Below are positions 19,855 to 29,721 of a stretch of DNA of 64,000 nucleotides, piece by piece (position 1 is the stretch's first letter; each line of letters begins with the position of its first letter). The stretch comes from Castellaniella sp. GTDB taxonomy: Bacteria; Pseudomonadota; Gammaproteobacteria; Burkholderiales; Burkholderiaceae_B. Made by a program: the position numbers and the translations under genes. The notes under the pieces were generated by a model. That model had not been told where the DNA came from and did no database searches. It worked only from the letters and a program-made list of their open reading frames with translations. Location: the NCBI RefSeq assembly GCF_047971665.1, contig NZ_JBKEAA010000021.1, forward strand, positions 24,213 through 88,212, given 5' to 3'.

Positions 19855-20979
19855 TCAAGCGCCGGCATGAAAAATCATCCAGCCTCGCCGCAGCTCGTCG
19901 AGCGCGGCGTAATGCCATAAGCCAATACTCAGCACGACCGCAACGCCCAGCAGCAGCGCCGTCCAGCGCAATACCAGGGCCTGATGGCGGACGCGATCCA
20001 GCCAGCGGCCCGCCATCCGCTGGTGCACAGCCTGCAAACCGGCCTGCAAGCCGCGCGCGTCCACCATGTCCTCCAGATACCAATACAGGTCGCGATCCAG
20101 CAATCCCGTATCAAAGGCCGCCGCGCCGGCCAGCCCCTGGTCGATGCGATGCGCGAGACTGCCCAGGTGGGCGCCCAGCCAGGGGCCGGCATCCTCCAGG
20201 AACAACAGGATGACCGGCCGCAGTTGAGTCGAACCGCCCGCCCCTGGCTGCAACAGAATCGACACCAGAGCCAGCAATCGCAGCGCCTGCACCTGGCGGT
20301 ACAGCCGCCAGGGACCGAAGCGGTCCAGCCTGTCGCGCAGCGGCCCATGCCAACGCGGCAAGGCATACAGGCCGCCCGCCAGCAGCACGACGATCCCCGT
20401 CGGCAACCAGAGTCCCCAGGCGCGCAGCCAATCGGCGCTGGCGAACAGCGCTTGCGACCATGCGCCCAGGTAAGCCGCGGGCAACCCCTGAAAAGCCTGC
20501 CGCAACGCCGGAACCGTCCACTGCGGCAAAGCCAGCAACAGCAGGCTTGCCACCAGCAGCGCCCCGGCCGCCGAACCCAGCATGGCCCAGAGCATGCGCC
20601 GCGCCTGAATCAGGAGTGCCAGATGGCTGGACAAGGCCTGGAAACACGCCAGCAGCCGGGCATTGCCATAGACCTGCGCCGCGCGCACCAACGCCAGCTC
20701 ATCGGCTGGGAAGCAGCCCAGCCAGGTCGCATGGAGGTCGCCGCCGCTGGCCTCGCAGGCGCGCGCCCAGGTCCTCGACAAGCGCCCGCGCACCGTGCCG
20801 GCACCATGCCGCGCCGCATCCCGGTCGAAAAGCTCACGCATGGTCAGCCGCCCTTGCGCCCCTCGCAACACCGCCTGGAGGTAATCGAAATAATCCGCCC
20901 GCCCCTCAGAAAACCGCCAGGCATCCAGGCGCAGGCGCCCCCGCGTCAGCCACGTCTGCATCCGCAGCATCCACATCAT
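19855..20979 (-). CDS. Pilus inner-membrane platform protein (PilR/GspF-like)
   Basis: Follows the ATPase with ATGA overlap; GspF-like TM arrangement. Confidence 0.78.
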   Translation of the reverse strand: MMWMLRMQTWLTRGRLRLDAWRFSEGRADYFDYLQAVLRGAQGRLTMRELFDRDAARHGAGTVRGRLSRTWARACEASGGDLHATWLGCFPADELALVRAAQVYGNARLLACFQALSSHLALLIQARRMLWAMLGSAAGALLVASLLLLALPQWTVPALRQAFQGLPAAYLGAWSQALFASADWLRAWGLWLPTGIVVLLAGGLYALPRWHGPLRDRLDRFGPWRLYRQVQALRLLALVSILLQPGAGGSTQLRPVILLFLEDAGPWLGAHLGSLAHRIDQGLAGAAAFDTGLLDRDLYWYLEDMVDARGLQAGLQAVHQRMAGRWLDRVRHQALVLRWTALLLGVAVVLSIGLWHYAALDELRRGWMIFHAGA

Positions 20980-22667
20980 CCTCGTCCTCCCGGAGGCGGC
21001 ATCGCGCGGCCGGCCGGCAACCGTCCCTGGCGCAGCAGCTGTGTCTCGAACGCCATGAAGCGCACCTCGACGTCACGCGGGTCGACTTGTCCAGCAACGG
21101 CCTTCTCCATGGCATGCGCCATGGCGCTGGCGTGCGGATCCGGCACGTGCCTATCGCCCTCCTCTGCGCCGGGCAGGCCAGGCTCGAGGCATTCTGCGGC
21201 CACGGTCCGACCGTCGTAGCCGAACAATTCCGGCAGCGCGGCACGACGGCAGCGCGCGCAGCCCTCCGGGTCGCGCAGCCGCAGTCCGACTGGATTGAGC
21301 GGCCAGGCCAGACCGATCCAGCCGAGCCACCGGCGCCAATGATCAAAGTCGCTGCCGGGCCGCTGGCGCGTCAGCTCGGCCGGGCTCGCCGGCAGCGCGC
21401 AATCGGGGCACAGGCGAGGCAGCAGCGCCTGATAGACCAGCAGCTTGAGGATGCCGGGCGTCGTCAGAAAATCACGCGGCACGGCAATGAAATCCGAAGC
21501 CAGCCGGTCCACGATGGCACGCGCCGAAGGCGCGTGCACGGTGGTGTAGACATTGACGCCCGAGCCGGCCAGATCCATAAAGGCCCGCCCGCTCTCGGCA
21601 TCGCGGATCTCTCCCAGCAGCACATCGGTCATGGCCGATCGTTTCAGGGTACGCAGCTTGGCGGCATAACGGCCATGCGCCTGCTGATCCAGATCGCGGC
21701 CTATGGTGTTCTGCACGGCACGGTCGATCCGGTATTCCACCGGTTCTTCCAGGGTAATGATCTTGCGGTGCGCCGGCAGGCTGCGGATCAAGGTCGCCAG
21801 CGTCGTCGATTTGCCCGAGCCCACGGTGCCCGCGAATACCAGGGCGCCGCCTTCGGATGTCAGCACCCGCTCGAAACAGGCCATCTGATCGGCCCGATAG
21901 CCCAGTTCGGCCAGAGAGGCGGCATCGGCGCCGGCATCCCGCGCAAGAAATCGCAGGCAGACGCTGGGCCCCCGATCGGCGGCCAGGGACGCCCAGCGCA
22001 AGGTGTAGGCCCGTCCATCCACACTGCGCAGGAGACTGCCCTGCTGCTCCAGCAGAGGATCGAAAACCGCGCCATTGCCGCCCTGGATGTCCATCCAGGC
22101 GACCGCCAGGACATCGCGCAGCAATCCGGTCGGCATATGGCGAAAGCGCCCGGGCGCAACGTAACGGCCGGCCACGGTATAGCGGACTTCGGATTCGGCC
22201 GCGTCGCGATGAAGGTTCAGGTGCAGGTCGGTCGCTCCCTGGCGCACGCCCCATTCGACCAGGTCCTGGAACACCCCGGCCAATGCCGTCGGTATCCGGT
22301 CCCCGGCCCGGGTCAGGACCGCCTCGCCGCCTTCGCGCGACAAGGCCAGCAGCAGCGCGGCCGGGAGAACATAACGGGCCGGTTCGGACAGGCGACGCCC
22401 GGTTGCCTGCAAGCGCCGCACCAGCGCATCGGCCTGATCGCTGCCGACATATTCGGCCCGGGCCAGCAACGTGACGCTGCCATCGGCCCGCTCCACGGGA
22501 CAGATCCGGTCCGCCAGCGACTGGATGCCCAACTCCTGCGCCAGCAGGCGTCTGACTTCCGGCTGCAACGCCGACAATTGCGCGGGCTGTTCGATCACGC
22601 CCGCATGCGCAGGGTCGAAGGGCTGCGGCGGTTCGGCCAGCGCCAAAGCGGAAGTCCAGGGCTTCAT
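20976..22667 (-). CDS. Pilus assembly ATPase (PilQ/GspE family)
   Basis: ATDLHL, Walker A GTVGSGKST, TLEEPVE Asp box, LLGEIRD, TTVHA His box. Confidence 0.92.
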   Translation of the reverse strand: MKPWTSALALAEPPQPFDPAHAGVIEQPAQLSALQPEVRRLLAQELGIQSLADRICPVERADGSVTLLARAEYVGSDQADALVRRLQATGRRLSEPARYVLPAALLLALSREGGEAVLTRAGDRIPTALAGVFQDLVEWGVRQGATDLHLNLHRDAAESEVRYTVAGRYVAPGRFRHMPTGLLRDVLAVAWMDIQGGNGAVFDPLLEQQGSLLRSVDGRAYTLRWASLAADRGPSVCLRFLARDAGADAASLAELGYRADQMACFERVLTSEGGALVFAGTVGSGKSTTLATLIRSLPAHRKIITLEEPVEYRIDRAVQNTIGRDLDQQAHGRYAAKLRTLKRSAMTDVLLGEIRDAESGRAFMDLAGSGVNVYTTVHAPSARAIVDRLASDFIAVPRDFLTTPGILKLLVYQALLPRLCPDCALPASPAELTRQRPGSDFDHWRRWLGWIGLAWPLNPVGLRLRDPEGCARCRRAALPELFGYDGRTVAAECLEPGLPGAEEGDRHVPDPHASAMAHAMEKAVAGQVDPRDVEVRFMAFETQLLRQGRLPAGRAMPPPGGRG

Positions 22668-23311
22668 GGCCGCGTCTCGCCCAGCAGCATGCGCAGGCAC
22701 AGGGAATGCCGGTCCTTGCCACGTTCGAGCTGCACGCAGCCGCCGTTCATGCCGCGCAACTGATAGACGCCCCGATCCCCGACATGCCCTGCCGGCCAGG
22801 CCTGACCGCGCACATACAGATACGCCCGGCGTCCCACCTGAACCTCGGCCATCAGGGCGCGGCCGACACCGTACAAGGCCACCAGACGGGGTTCGAGCAC
22901 GGGCCGCGCGAGGCTCTCCGGACCGGTCCGCTGACGGCTGGCGGATGAACCCGAAGCCGTCTGCTGCGCCTCGCGCAGGTCCAGTTGCATCAGTTCACGG
23001 ACCGACCGAGTTTCCCAGCGGGCCTGGGGATCGTCCGGAGCCGCTGCCGCTGGCGGTCTCTCCCCGGTATCATCGACCTCATCGACCTCATCGACCTTGG
23101 AGGGGGCCGTGACCGGGGATGCCGCCGGGGCCGACGACGCGGCGACGGGGCCGGTCTGCTGTGCTGGTCCGGGTGCAGGGATGTCTGCCCCGACGCGTTG
23201 CGGCGCACTCATGATCGGCACCAGGGCGAGGGTCAGCGTCAGGATCAGGACTGGCATCCGGCGTCGCCCAGCCGCGCCGGGAACACCTGCGCGCTCATGA
23301 TCGATTTTCAT
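22664..23311 (-). CDS. PilP-like pilus biogenesis protein
   Basis: Hydrophobic N-region, Pro/Ala linker, PRLVALYGVG; sits between pilO and the ATPase. Confidence 0.65.
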   Translation of the reverse strand: MKIDHERAGVPGAAGRRRMPVLILTLTLALVPIMSAPQRVGADIPAPGPAQQTGPVAASSAPAASPVTAPSKVDEVDEVDDTGERPPAAAAPDDPQARWETRSVRELMQLDLREAQQTASGSSASRQRTGPESLARPVLEPRLVALYGVGRALMAEVQVGRRAYLYVRGQAWPAGHVGDRGVYQLRGMNGGCVQLERGKDRHSLCLRMLLGETRP

Positions 23312-24566
23312 AAACGGTTCCTTCGAGATACAGGGTCAGCCGGCTGGCGCGCACATCGGGCCGGATCCCCGGCGCCAGCGTCAGCGTTGCCTCATGCCAG
23401 GACACGGCCCCGGCCAGCGGCGCCAGCAACATGCCCGAGCGCAACGGCCCCTTGACCCGCAGAATGCGGGTGGCCAGCGCGGGGAAATCCTCGGGAGGCA
23501 GCTGTTTGCGGCCCTGATCATCGAGCGGCGCCGGGACGATCAAAGGGCGGGCCGAGTCGAGCCGCAACATGGAGAAGGCCGGCAGCACAGCCTGGAGCGC
23601 ACTGACCCAGTCGCGGGCCAGCAATCCCGTGCGCGGCAGACGGTGCGGCTCGGGTCGCTGGCCCGGCAGAGACAGCGTCCAGGCGGCGCGGGCCACATCC
23701 AGAGAAGGAAAATCCAGGCGCCAACCAGCGGGAACCGCCCGCAGCAACGCGCGGTTATCGGCCCGGGGTGCCTGACGGCGGTATTCGCTCACGCACTGCC
23801 AGCGCGCGCCGTCCGCCCGGGGCGTGCAGCGCAGATCGTGCAGCACCCAGCCACCAAGCCGCGCGGGCTGGCGATAAAGCATGTCCAGCAAGGCCCGGGT
23901 GCCGGTCTGTCCATGCACCGGTCGCCGGGCCAGCGTGCGCGCCAGCGCCGCATGCCAGTCGGACTGCGCCTCGGGATCGGGCGCGGCAACGGCATCTCCC
24001 CCGTTGTGCCAACGCATCCAGCCGATGGCGCTCAGACATGCGACCAGACCCAGCAAGGCCAGCCGCGCACCGCGCCGCCGAATCGGTTCCAGTGGATGGC
24101 AAGCGGCTGCCTGTCGCGCCAGCAAGGCCAGCGTCTGCGCAGCCTGTGGCCCGGAGGACGCTGCGCGCAGTTCCTCCAGTTTTGGATGCGACTGACGCAA
24201 CACCTGGATGGCCTGGCGGGCCAGTGCCGCGTCAGGGTAACTGCGGTCGGCCCGCGCCAGGGCGACCCCCTCGTGCGCAGCGAGCACATGCCAGGCGTCA
24301 GCCCCGATTTCAAGCACGCAGGCCACGGTCCCGCGCGGATGGCTGCGAGCCAGCAGATCCGCCGCCGACCAGCAGATCAGGCGGGCCGAAAGTCCCCGCG
24401 CCATGCCCAACGCCGCCGGAGGATCGCCTGACACGACCCGATGAGAAGCCCCCTGGCGGCGCGCCCGGGCCCGGGCCGTATCCGGATCACCCAGCAGCGG
24501 CACCCAGTCCAGCCCGAAGACCAGCGGCACCCGGTCCACCCAGACGAGACGAGCGGTCCGCGCCAT
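23295..24566 (-). CDS. PilO2-like pilin accessory protein
   Basis: LVFGLDW N-terminus, central TM, GGWxL..C; follows the secretin. Confidence 0.72.
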   Translation of the reverse strand: MARTARLVWVDRVPLVFGLDWVPLLGDPDTARARARRQGASHRVVSGDPPAALGMARGLSARLICWSAADLLARSHPRGTVACVLEIGADAWHVLAAHEGVALARADRSYPDAALARQAIQVLRQSHPKLEELRAASSGPQAAQTLALLARQAAACHPLEPIRRRGARLALLGLVACLSAIGWMRWHNGGDAVAAPDPEAQSDWHAALARTLARRPVHGQTGTRALLDMLYRQPARLGGWVLHDLRCTPRADGARWQCVSEYRRQAPRADNRALLRAVPAGWRLDFPSLDVARAAWTLSLPGQRPEPHRLPRTGLLARDWVSALQAVLPAFSMLRLDSARPLIVPAPLDDQGRKQLPPEDFPALATRILRVKGPLRSGMLLAPLAGAVSWHEATLTLAPGIRPDVRASRLTLYLEGTVYENRS

Positions 24567-24567
24567 G

Positions 24568-26160
24568 TCAGAGCCCCTCCTCGACCTGGGCGGTGATGAT
24601 CAGCACCGTGGTCAGCCGTTGGGAGGCCAACCGATTGCCGCCGCCGAAAATCGCGGGAACCCCGGGATTCAGGCGGCGTTCGGTGGATTCGGCCATCTGC
24701 CGGTCGAATCCCGACACCACCAGCGGCTGGCCCGGTTGCAGGGCCAGCTGTTGCACGGTTCCGTTGCCCTCGATGGTCAGTTGCTGCAACTGGAGAGGGT
24801 GCGCCTTGTCGCCGAAGGTCACGGTCTTGAGCGGCTGGGCCACCGTGTTGTCATATGCCAGCGACAGCAGAATCTGGCCGTCTTCCTGGATATCGGGCAC
24901 CAGCGTCAGCAGGGAGCCAACCGTCTCGGCTTTCTGATTGACAGACACGGCCGGCAGCGCCAGCCCCGCATCGCCCGAAACCGGCGTGGTTTCGATCCGG
25001 TCGATATATGAGAACGTCGTGCGCACCGCATGCGACACAGGCCGCCGGTTCAGTCCCAGGATCGGCACGCTGCTGCGCCGCACCAGCCGGACGGACTCGC
25101 CCAGCGCGCGAATGACGGCCTCGCTGCCCGAGAAAGAGCCCTGGACGATATCCATCCCGAGCTGTCCGCTGGTGCCTTTCGCGAGCGCCGGCACCGCCAG
25201 GCCGGCAGCCAGCCGGGCACTGGAAAAGATCAGATTCCAGTCGATGCTGGCCTGGGCCTGCTCGCTGAGGGCCACGGTCAATTCCTCGAACACCAGGCGC
25301 ACGCGCCGCGTCAGCGCCCGATTCTCCTTATCCAGATAATGCGCGATGCGATCCAGGACATCGGGCGTATCGGTGACCACGATCGAGGCCCTGGCGCCCG
25401 GTTCGGCAACCAGTACCCCGGCGCGGGACAGGAACGGCTCGATCCGCGCGCGAAGGGTCTGCATCACCTCCTGATCGCCGCTGCTCAGGCGGGTGCCGGA
25501 GGTGCTGACGAAACCGCCCTCGGCACTCTCCCGCCCCTGGCCCAACGAGGCCTGGACACGGGCATCCAGCGTCAGCGCCCGCACGTCGAAAACCCGGGTC
25601 GCGGTGCGAAAGAATTCGATGCGGCCGTGCTCGTAGCGCCAGCGTACACCCAGGGAAGCGCTCAGGCGGTCGAGAATCTGCGGCAGGGGCGCCGGGCCGG
25701 AAGCCAGATCGAAGGGAGCGACCGGATCAGCGAGCGCCGCACCCTGCCCGACACCACCGCCCAATCGAGGCAGGAAAAATCCGGCGGGCAGCAGCGCATC
25801 GGGACGCACGTGAACCGGAATGCCCGTGACCGCGGCGATCCGACGGGCGATCCGGCGCAAATCGCCGCTGCCGTTGGCGAACAAGAGGGTCGTGCGCACC
25901 CGGGCCCGCAAAGGCGCGGGCAGCGTCAGTTCGCGCGCCAGCGGCTGCGCCCGCCCCACCACCCAGGGCCGATCGACATCCTGAGCGGCCCGGCGAGCGT
26001 CGGCGTCGGTCGCGGCCTGGACAAATCGGTCGTGCTCACTGGACACGGTCGTATCGGCCTGGCGAAAGTCGCGCGCCGCCTGACGCAGACGTTCGGAAAA
26101 GGCGCACCCGGACATGCCCAGGCACAGGGCGGCCAGTGCCAGCCAGTGACGGCGGATCAC
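24568..26160 (-). CDS. Type IVb pilus secretin lipoprotein (PilN/BfpB family)
   Basis: Lipobox MSGC, secretin features (VVTDTP..L, SIDWN, PGQPLVVSG); GTG start overlaps the upstream TGA. Confidence 0.88.
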   Translation of the reverse strand: MIRRHWLALAALCLGMSGCAFSERLRQAARDFRQADTTVSSEHDRFVQAATDADARRAAQDVDRPWVVGRAQPLARELTLPAPLRARVRTTLLFANGSGDLRRIARRIAAVTGIPVHVRPDALLPAGFFLPRLGGGVGQGAALADPVAPFDLASGPAPLPQILDRLSASLGVRWRYEHGRIEFFRTATRVFDVRALTLDARVQASLGQGRESAEGGFVSTSGTRLSSGDQEVMQTLRARIEPFLSRAGVLVAEPGARASIVVTDTPDVLDRIAHYLDKENRALTRRVRLVFEELTVALSEQAQASIDWNLIFSSARLAAGLAVPALAKGTSGQLGMDIVQGSFSGSEAVIRALGESVRLVRRSSVPILGLNRRPVSHAVRTTFSYIDRIETTPVSGDAGLALPAVSVNQKAETVGSLLTLVPDIQEDGQILLSLAYDNTVAQPLKTVTFGDKAHPLQLQQLTIEGNGTVQQLALQPGQPLVVSGFDRQMAESTERRLNPGVPAIFGGGNRLASQRLTTVLIITAQVEEGL

Positions 26161-27116
26161 GCGTCCGCTCCCGGCGTCCGTGTCCGGTCGCAGCGCTGGG
26201 CCAGCGGGACGACACGCAGGACGCGATTGGCGTAGAAGCATGGCTGGACCGGCCGGTCTCCAAGCTCGGTGGCGGACAGCAGTCCGCGCACGGCCGCGCG
26301 GAACGAATCGCCGAAGACGGCGGAACCCGCCAGCGGGATGTCGGCATCGACGTTCCAGAGTTCGGGGCCGAAGGTCCATCCCGCGGCGCGTGCCCAGCGA
26401 CCCAGTGCCCGCCGGATGTTGCCATCGGCCGGGGTCACCTCGAACGAAAGCGGATTCGCCCTGCCCGGCCTGCGGGCGGACGCTGCCACAGCCGCCCGGC
26501 CGGATTTGCCGCTGCCGGCCTGAACCGGCGGCGCGGGCGGGATGGGCGGGACCGGCGCGGCCGGAGGCGATGCCGGCCCCGGAGGCGGCGCCGGCATCGG
26601 CAGATGCGCCACCGGCGTCACCCTCACGGCCTCCGATACCGGGGGCGTTCCCGGACGGGCGGGATGCGCCGTCATGGCAGGCGCGACCGCCGCCGATCCG
26701 GCCCTCTCGGGCGTCGTGACTGGCGCGGACAGATCGGCTTCGAGAGAGGATGTCTCGATCGGGCGCCAGGCCTCGGCTTGCGACAGGCCGCCGCGCAGCA
26801 CGATCCGTTGCGGCACGCCACGCAGAATCAGGAAATCCCCGTCCCGCCGGGGCCGCAGCAGCCGGTCGCCCCCGGTCAAGCGCTCGAACACGGCGGGCAC
26901 GGGCTGGCCGGCGGGATACTGCAGCCAGGTCTCGCGCCCATCGTCAAAGACCTGCTGCGGCGCCAGCGCCGGATCGCCTGCGATGCGCCAGTCGAAACGA
27001 TAGGCGCCGGGCGCCGACGACAACCCCATCAGATCGCGCCACCAGGCGCCGCCCGTCGGCGCCGCGCACCCTACCAATCCCGCCAGCAGCAAGATTGCAC
27101 CCAAGATCCTGATCAT
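26157..27116 (-). CDS. PilL/TcpQ-domain lipoprotein
   Basis: Lipobox LVGC; PxQVFDDGxxTWLQ (VirB9/TrbG-like); Pro-rich linker; RxALxRWA..AGW TcpQ domain. Confidence 0.82.
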   Translation of the reverse strand: MIRILGAILLLAGLVGCAAPTGGAWWRDLMGLSSAPGAYRFDWRIAGDPALAPQQVFDDGRETWLQYPAGQPVPAVFERLTGGDRLLRPRRDGDFLILRGVPQRIVLRGGLSQAEAWRPIETSSLEADLSAPVTTPERAGSAAVAPAMTAHPARPGTPPVSEAVRVTPVAHLPMPAPPPGPASPPAAPVPPIPPAPPVQAGSGKSGRAAVAASARRPGRANPLSFEVTPADGNIRRALGRWARAAGWTFGPELWNVDADIPLAGSAVFGDSFRAAVRGLLSATELGDRPVQPCFYANRVLRVVPLAQRCDRTRTPGADA

Positions 27117-27303
27117 GTTCTCCCCCGGCGACACCCTGGTCGTGAATCATGGTGTCCATGGTGGCGCGCCCGGACGGCGCCCGCCAGACTGGGAAATACG
27201 ATCGGATGAAAAGATCCGTCTCGAGACCGCGCCACTCAGGCGCGGCGCGAAGGCCGGCAACGGGCGTTCCCCTCAGCCCATGGCAAGGCCGGGGCGCTCC
27301 CGT

Positions 27304-28272
27304 TCAACGGACGAGCATCAGCCGCCCCTCAGCGTCCATGGTCCGCGTGGACATGCTCTGACGGTCGCTGCCGATCAGCGTGCAGAACAAATCCCGGGTA
27401 AAAATCCGGTTACCGAAATACCAGGAGTGCGAGCGCATGCCCACGATGCCTTCAGGCTCGTCCTGCTGCTGAATCGCGGCATCGGTCTCCAGTTGCTCAT
27501 AGTAGGCGGTGCAATCGATGTTGACGGCCTTGGCGCTGGCCCCCTGCGGCAGACCGACCCGCCCCACGCGCGGGGCGGTCCCGATACGCTTGACGTTGGA
27601 CAGGTCGAGCGCCTGATCCCGCTTGCTTGAATAGTTGGTGACCCGCACGCAATGCCGGTAGATCGATTGGGCGCCCGACTCCCCCGCCGACATCGAATGG
27701 CTCGATACATCCCCCGCCGCAAAGACAACCTGGCTGACACTCCAGGCCCCATTCTCGAGACTGGTGTCATCGGCGTCATCGAACGCTTCACGGATGACAA
27801 AAGCGCCCGTCGAATGACCCAGCACATGGATATTGGTCGGACAATCGGGTCGCTGGCTGGCGGAAAGATAGGCAATGCCATCGGACATCAGTTTCATCGC
27901 TGTCATCTTGGCATTGTGACGATCCGACAGATAGGCCAGCGCCTTGTCGTCGCTGGGCCAATCAAAAGAAACCACGACCCCCTTGAAACCGCAAAAGGTC
28001 AGTCCGTCCGCGAGGCGCCGATGTCGCTCGATGACTTCGGCGCTGCTCATGTTGTAGCCATGCACGGAAAACAGCAGATCCCCCCGCCGCTCACCCTGGG
28101 CGTTTTTCCAGACGGCTGCCTTGGAGATAGCGGCAAACCACCTTTTCGGTGTGACCGCATGGGACGGACCGGGGTCTTTTCCGTCCGGCACGACAAGATA
28201 CCGGGTCTCGCCAACATGCGCCGTAAAGGCATTGTCCCGCACCGCCCGCACCGACATGACATAGGAAGACAT
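27304..28272 (-). CDS. Alpha/beta hydrolase (DUF900-like)
   Basis: VHGYN, SFDWPS, nucleophile elbow GHSTG, C-terminal HSWY. Confidence 0.82.
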   Translation of the reverse strand: MSSYVMSVRAVRDNAFTAHVGETRYLVVPDGKDPGPSHAVTPKRWFAAISKAAVWKNAQGERRGDLLFSVHGYNMSSAEVIERHRRLADGLTFCGFKGVVVSFDWPSDDKALAYLSDRHNAKMTAMKLMSDGIAYLSASQRPDCPTNIHVLGHSTGAFVIREAFDDADDTSLENGAWSVSQVVFAAGDVSSHSMSAGESGAQSIYRHCVRVTNYSSKRDQALDLSNVKRIGTAPRVGRVGLPQGASAKAVNIDCTAYYEQLETDAAIQQQDEPEGIVGMRSHSWYFGNRIFTRDLFCTLIGSDRQSMSTRTMDAEGRLMLVR

Positions 28273-28401
28273 CACAACCTCCGCGAGAACCCGTACAACA
28301 GGCATTCTGACGCGGTTCCCGCGGGCCGGCCATTTCGCTTGGTGTGATTGTGTGAGCGAACATGGAACCGGGCCGGAAAACCGGCCCGGCATGACGCGAC
28401 A

Positions 28402-29715
28402 TCAGGGCTGGCGCACCAGTCTGTTGGCCTCGGCCGACGCCGCGTTCAGGGCGGTGACCGCAGGCTGCTGGCCGCTCAGCGCGGAATCCAGGATTTTCTG
28501 GAAGCGGGTTCGGATGGCAGGGTAATTGTGGATGCGGAACCCCTGGGCCGTCAGGGCAGCCTTGTTGCTGTAGACGGCCACCAGATCGCGCCATTGGCCC
28601 AGCTTGGCATAGTAGCTCGAGGGGGTGGCGTCAAAGGCCGCCTGGGTCAGCGGCAGGAAACCGGTCTGCTGGTACCAGCGCGCCGCCTGTTCGGGCTGCG
28701 ACAGCCAGCCCAGGAAGGCGACCGTGGCGTCGGTGACGGATTTTTCGGATTTCATGACCCACAGGCCGGCGCCGCTGATGAAGGGGTTGCCGGGTTTGCG
28801 CGTGACCTCGGGGTAATACGGCAGGCCGGAAACCGCGTAACGCAAGCTGCGCCGGGTCAGGAATTCACCGATGTGGCCGGAGCTGGACATCAGCACTGCG
28901 CATTCGCCCTGGGCAAAGCGGCTGATGGACTTGGTGCCGGCATCCGGGCGCACCATGATCTCGGAGCGGACCCAGCTGATCATCAGAGACAGGTGGCGCA
29001 CGTAGGTGGAGTCAAAGGAAAAGCTGGGCAGCCCCTTGGCCTTGAGTCCGTTATCCGCACTGGCGTAGAGCTGATTGTTGACCGCCGCCAGATTTTCCAG
29101 GTTGATCGAGACCGGCAGATCGGACGTCAGCGGACACTTGCGCGAGCCGTTGTTGGCCAGGGTGACGAGCTGGCCCTGCAGCTCCATCCAGGTGCGCTGC
29201 GGCACGGCGGGCACCAGCCTGGCCTGTTTGAAAGCGTCCTGGTTGTAGTACATGACGGGAATTTCCAGCATGTACGGGAAAGCCATCAGCCGGCCCCGGG
29301 CGTCATGGATGAAGGCATTGTCCGAGGACACGAACCAGCGCGTGTTTTTCAGTGCCGAGGATTTCTGCAACGCGTAGAACGGCTGCACGTAACTGCGCTG
29401 GGCGACGTCTTTGAGGGTATGGCTGTCGCCGATCTGCGCCAGGGCGGGCAGGTTCTTGGATTTGGCCGCCGAGCCCAGCGCCTGATCGAGCGCCTCCGGG
29501 GTGTCGAAGGCGCGTTCCACGACCTTGACGTTGGATTGACTGCTGTTGTAGGCCCTGACCAGGCTCTGGAAAGCCTCGGCGTTATGCCCTTTGAGGGTGT
29601 GCCAGACCGGCACTTCGGTCGCTGCCCAGACAGGCGCGACCGCAACGGCGGCTGCAAGCGTCAAGATGATACGCATCCCTGGACGCAACTTGCAGGAGCC
29701 AGAAGGAAAATTCAT
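28402..29715 (-). CDS. ABC extracellular solute-binding protein (UgpB-like)
   Basis: Signal peptide, VWH, PVMYYNxDAF, SGAGLW, WYQQTGFLP. Confidence 0.85.
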   Translation of the reverse strand: MNFPSGSCKLRPGMRIILTLAAAVAVAPVWAATEVPVWHTLKGHNAEAFQSLVRAYNSSQSNVKVVERAFDTPEALDQALGSAAKSKNLPALAQIGDSHTLKDVAQRSYVQPFYALQKSSALKNTRWFVSSDNAFIHDARGRLMAFPYMLEIPVMYYNQDAFKQARLVPAVPQRTWMELQGQLVTLANNGSRKCPLTSDLPVSINLENLAAVNNQLYASADNGLKAKGLPSFSFDSTYVRHLSLMISWVRSEIMVRPDAGTKSISRFAQGECAVLMSSSGHIGEFLTRRSLRYAVSGLPYYPEVTRKPGNPFISGAGLWVMKSEKSVTDATVAFLGWLSQPEQAARWYQQTGFLPLTQAAFDATPSSYYAKLGQWRDLVAVYSNKAALTAQGFRIHNYPAIRTRFQKILDSALSGQQPAVTALNAASAEANRLVRQP

Positions 29716-29721
29716 GATGGA

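Noticed and set aside
23071..23098. 9-bp tandem repeat (CATCGACCT)x3
   Set aside because: Short in-frame repeat (DEV) in a low-complexity linker; not CRISPR-like and unlikely to be a phase switch
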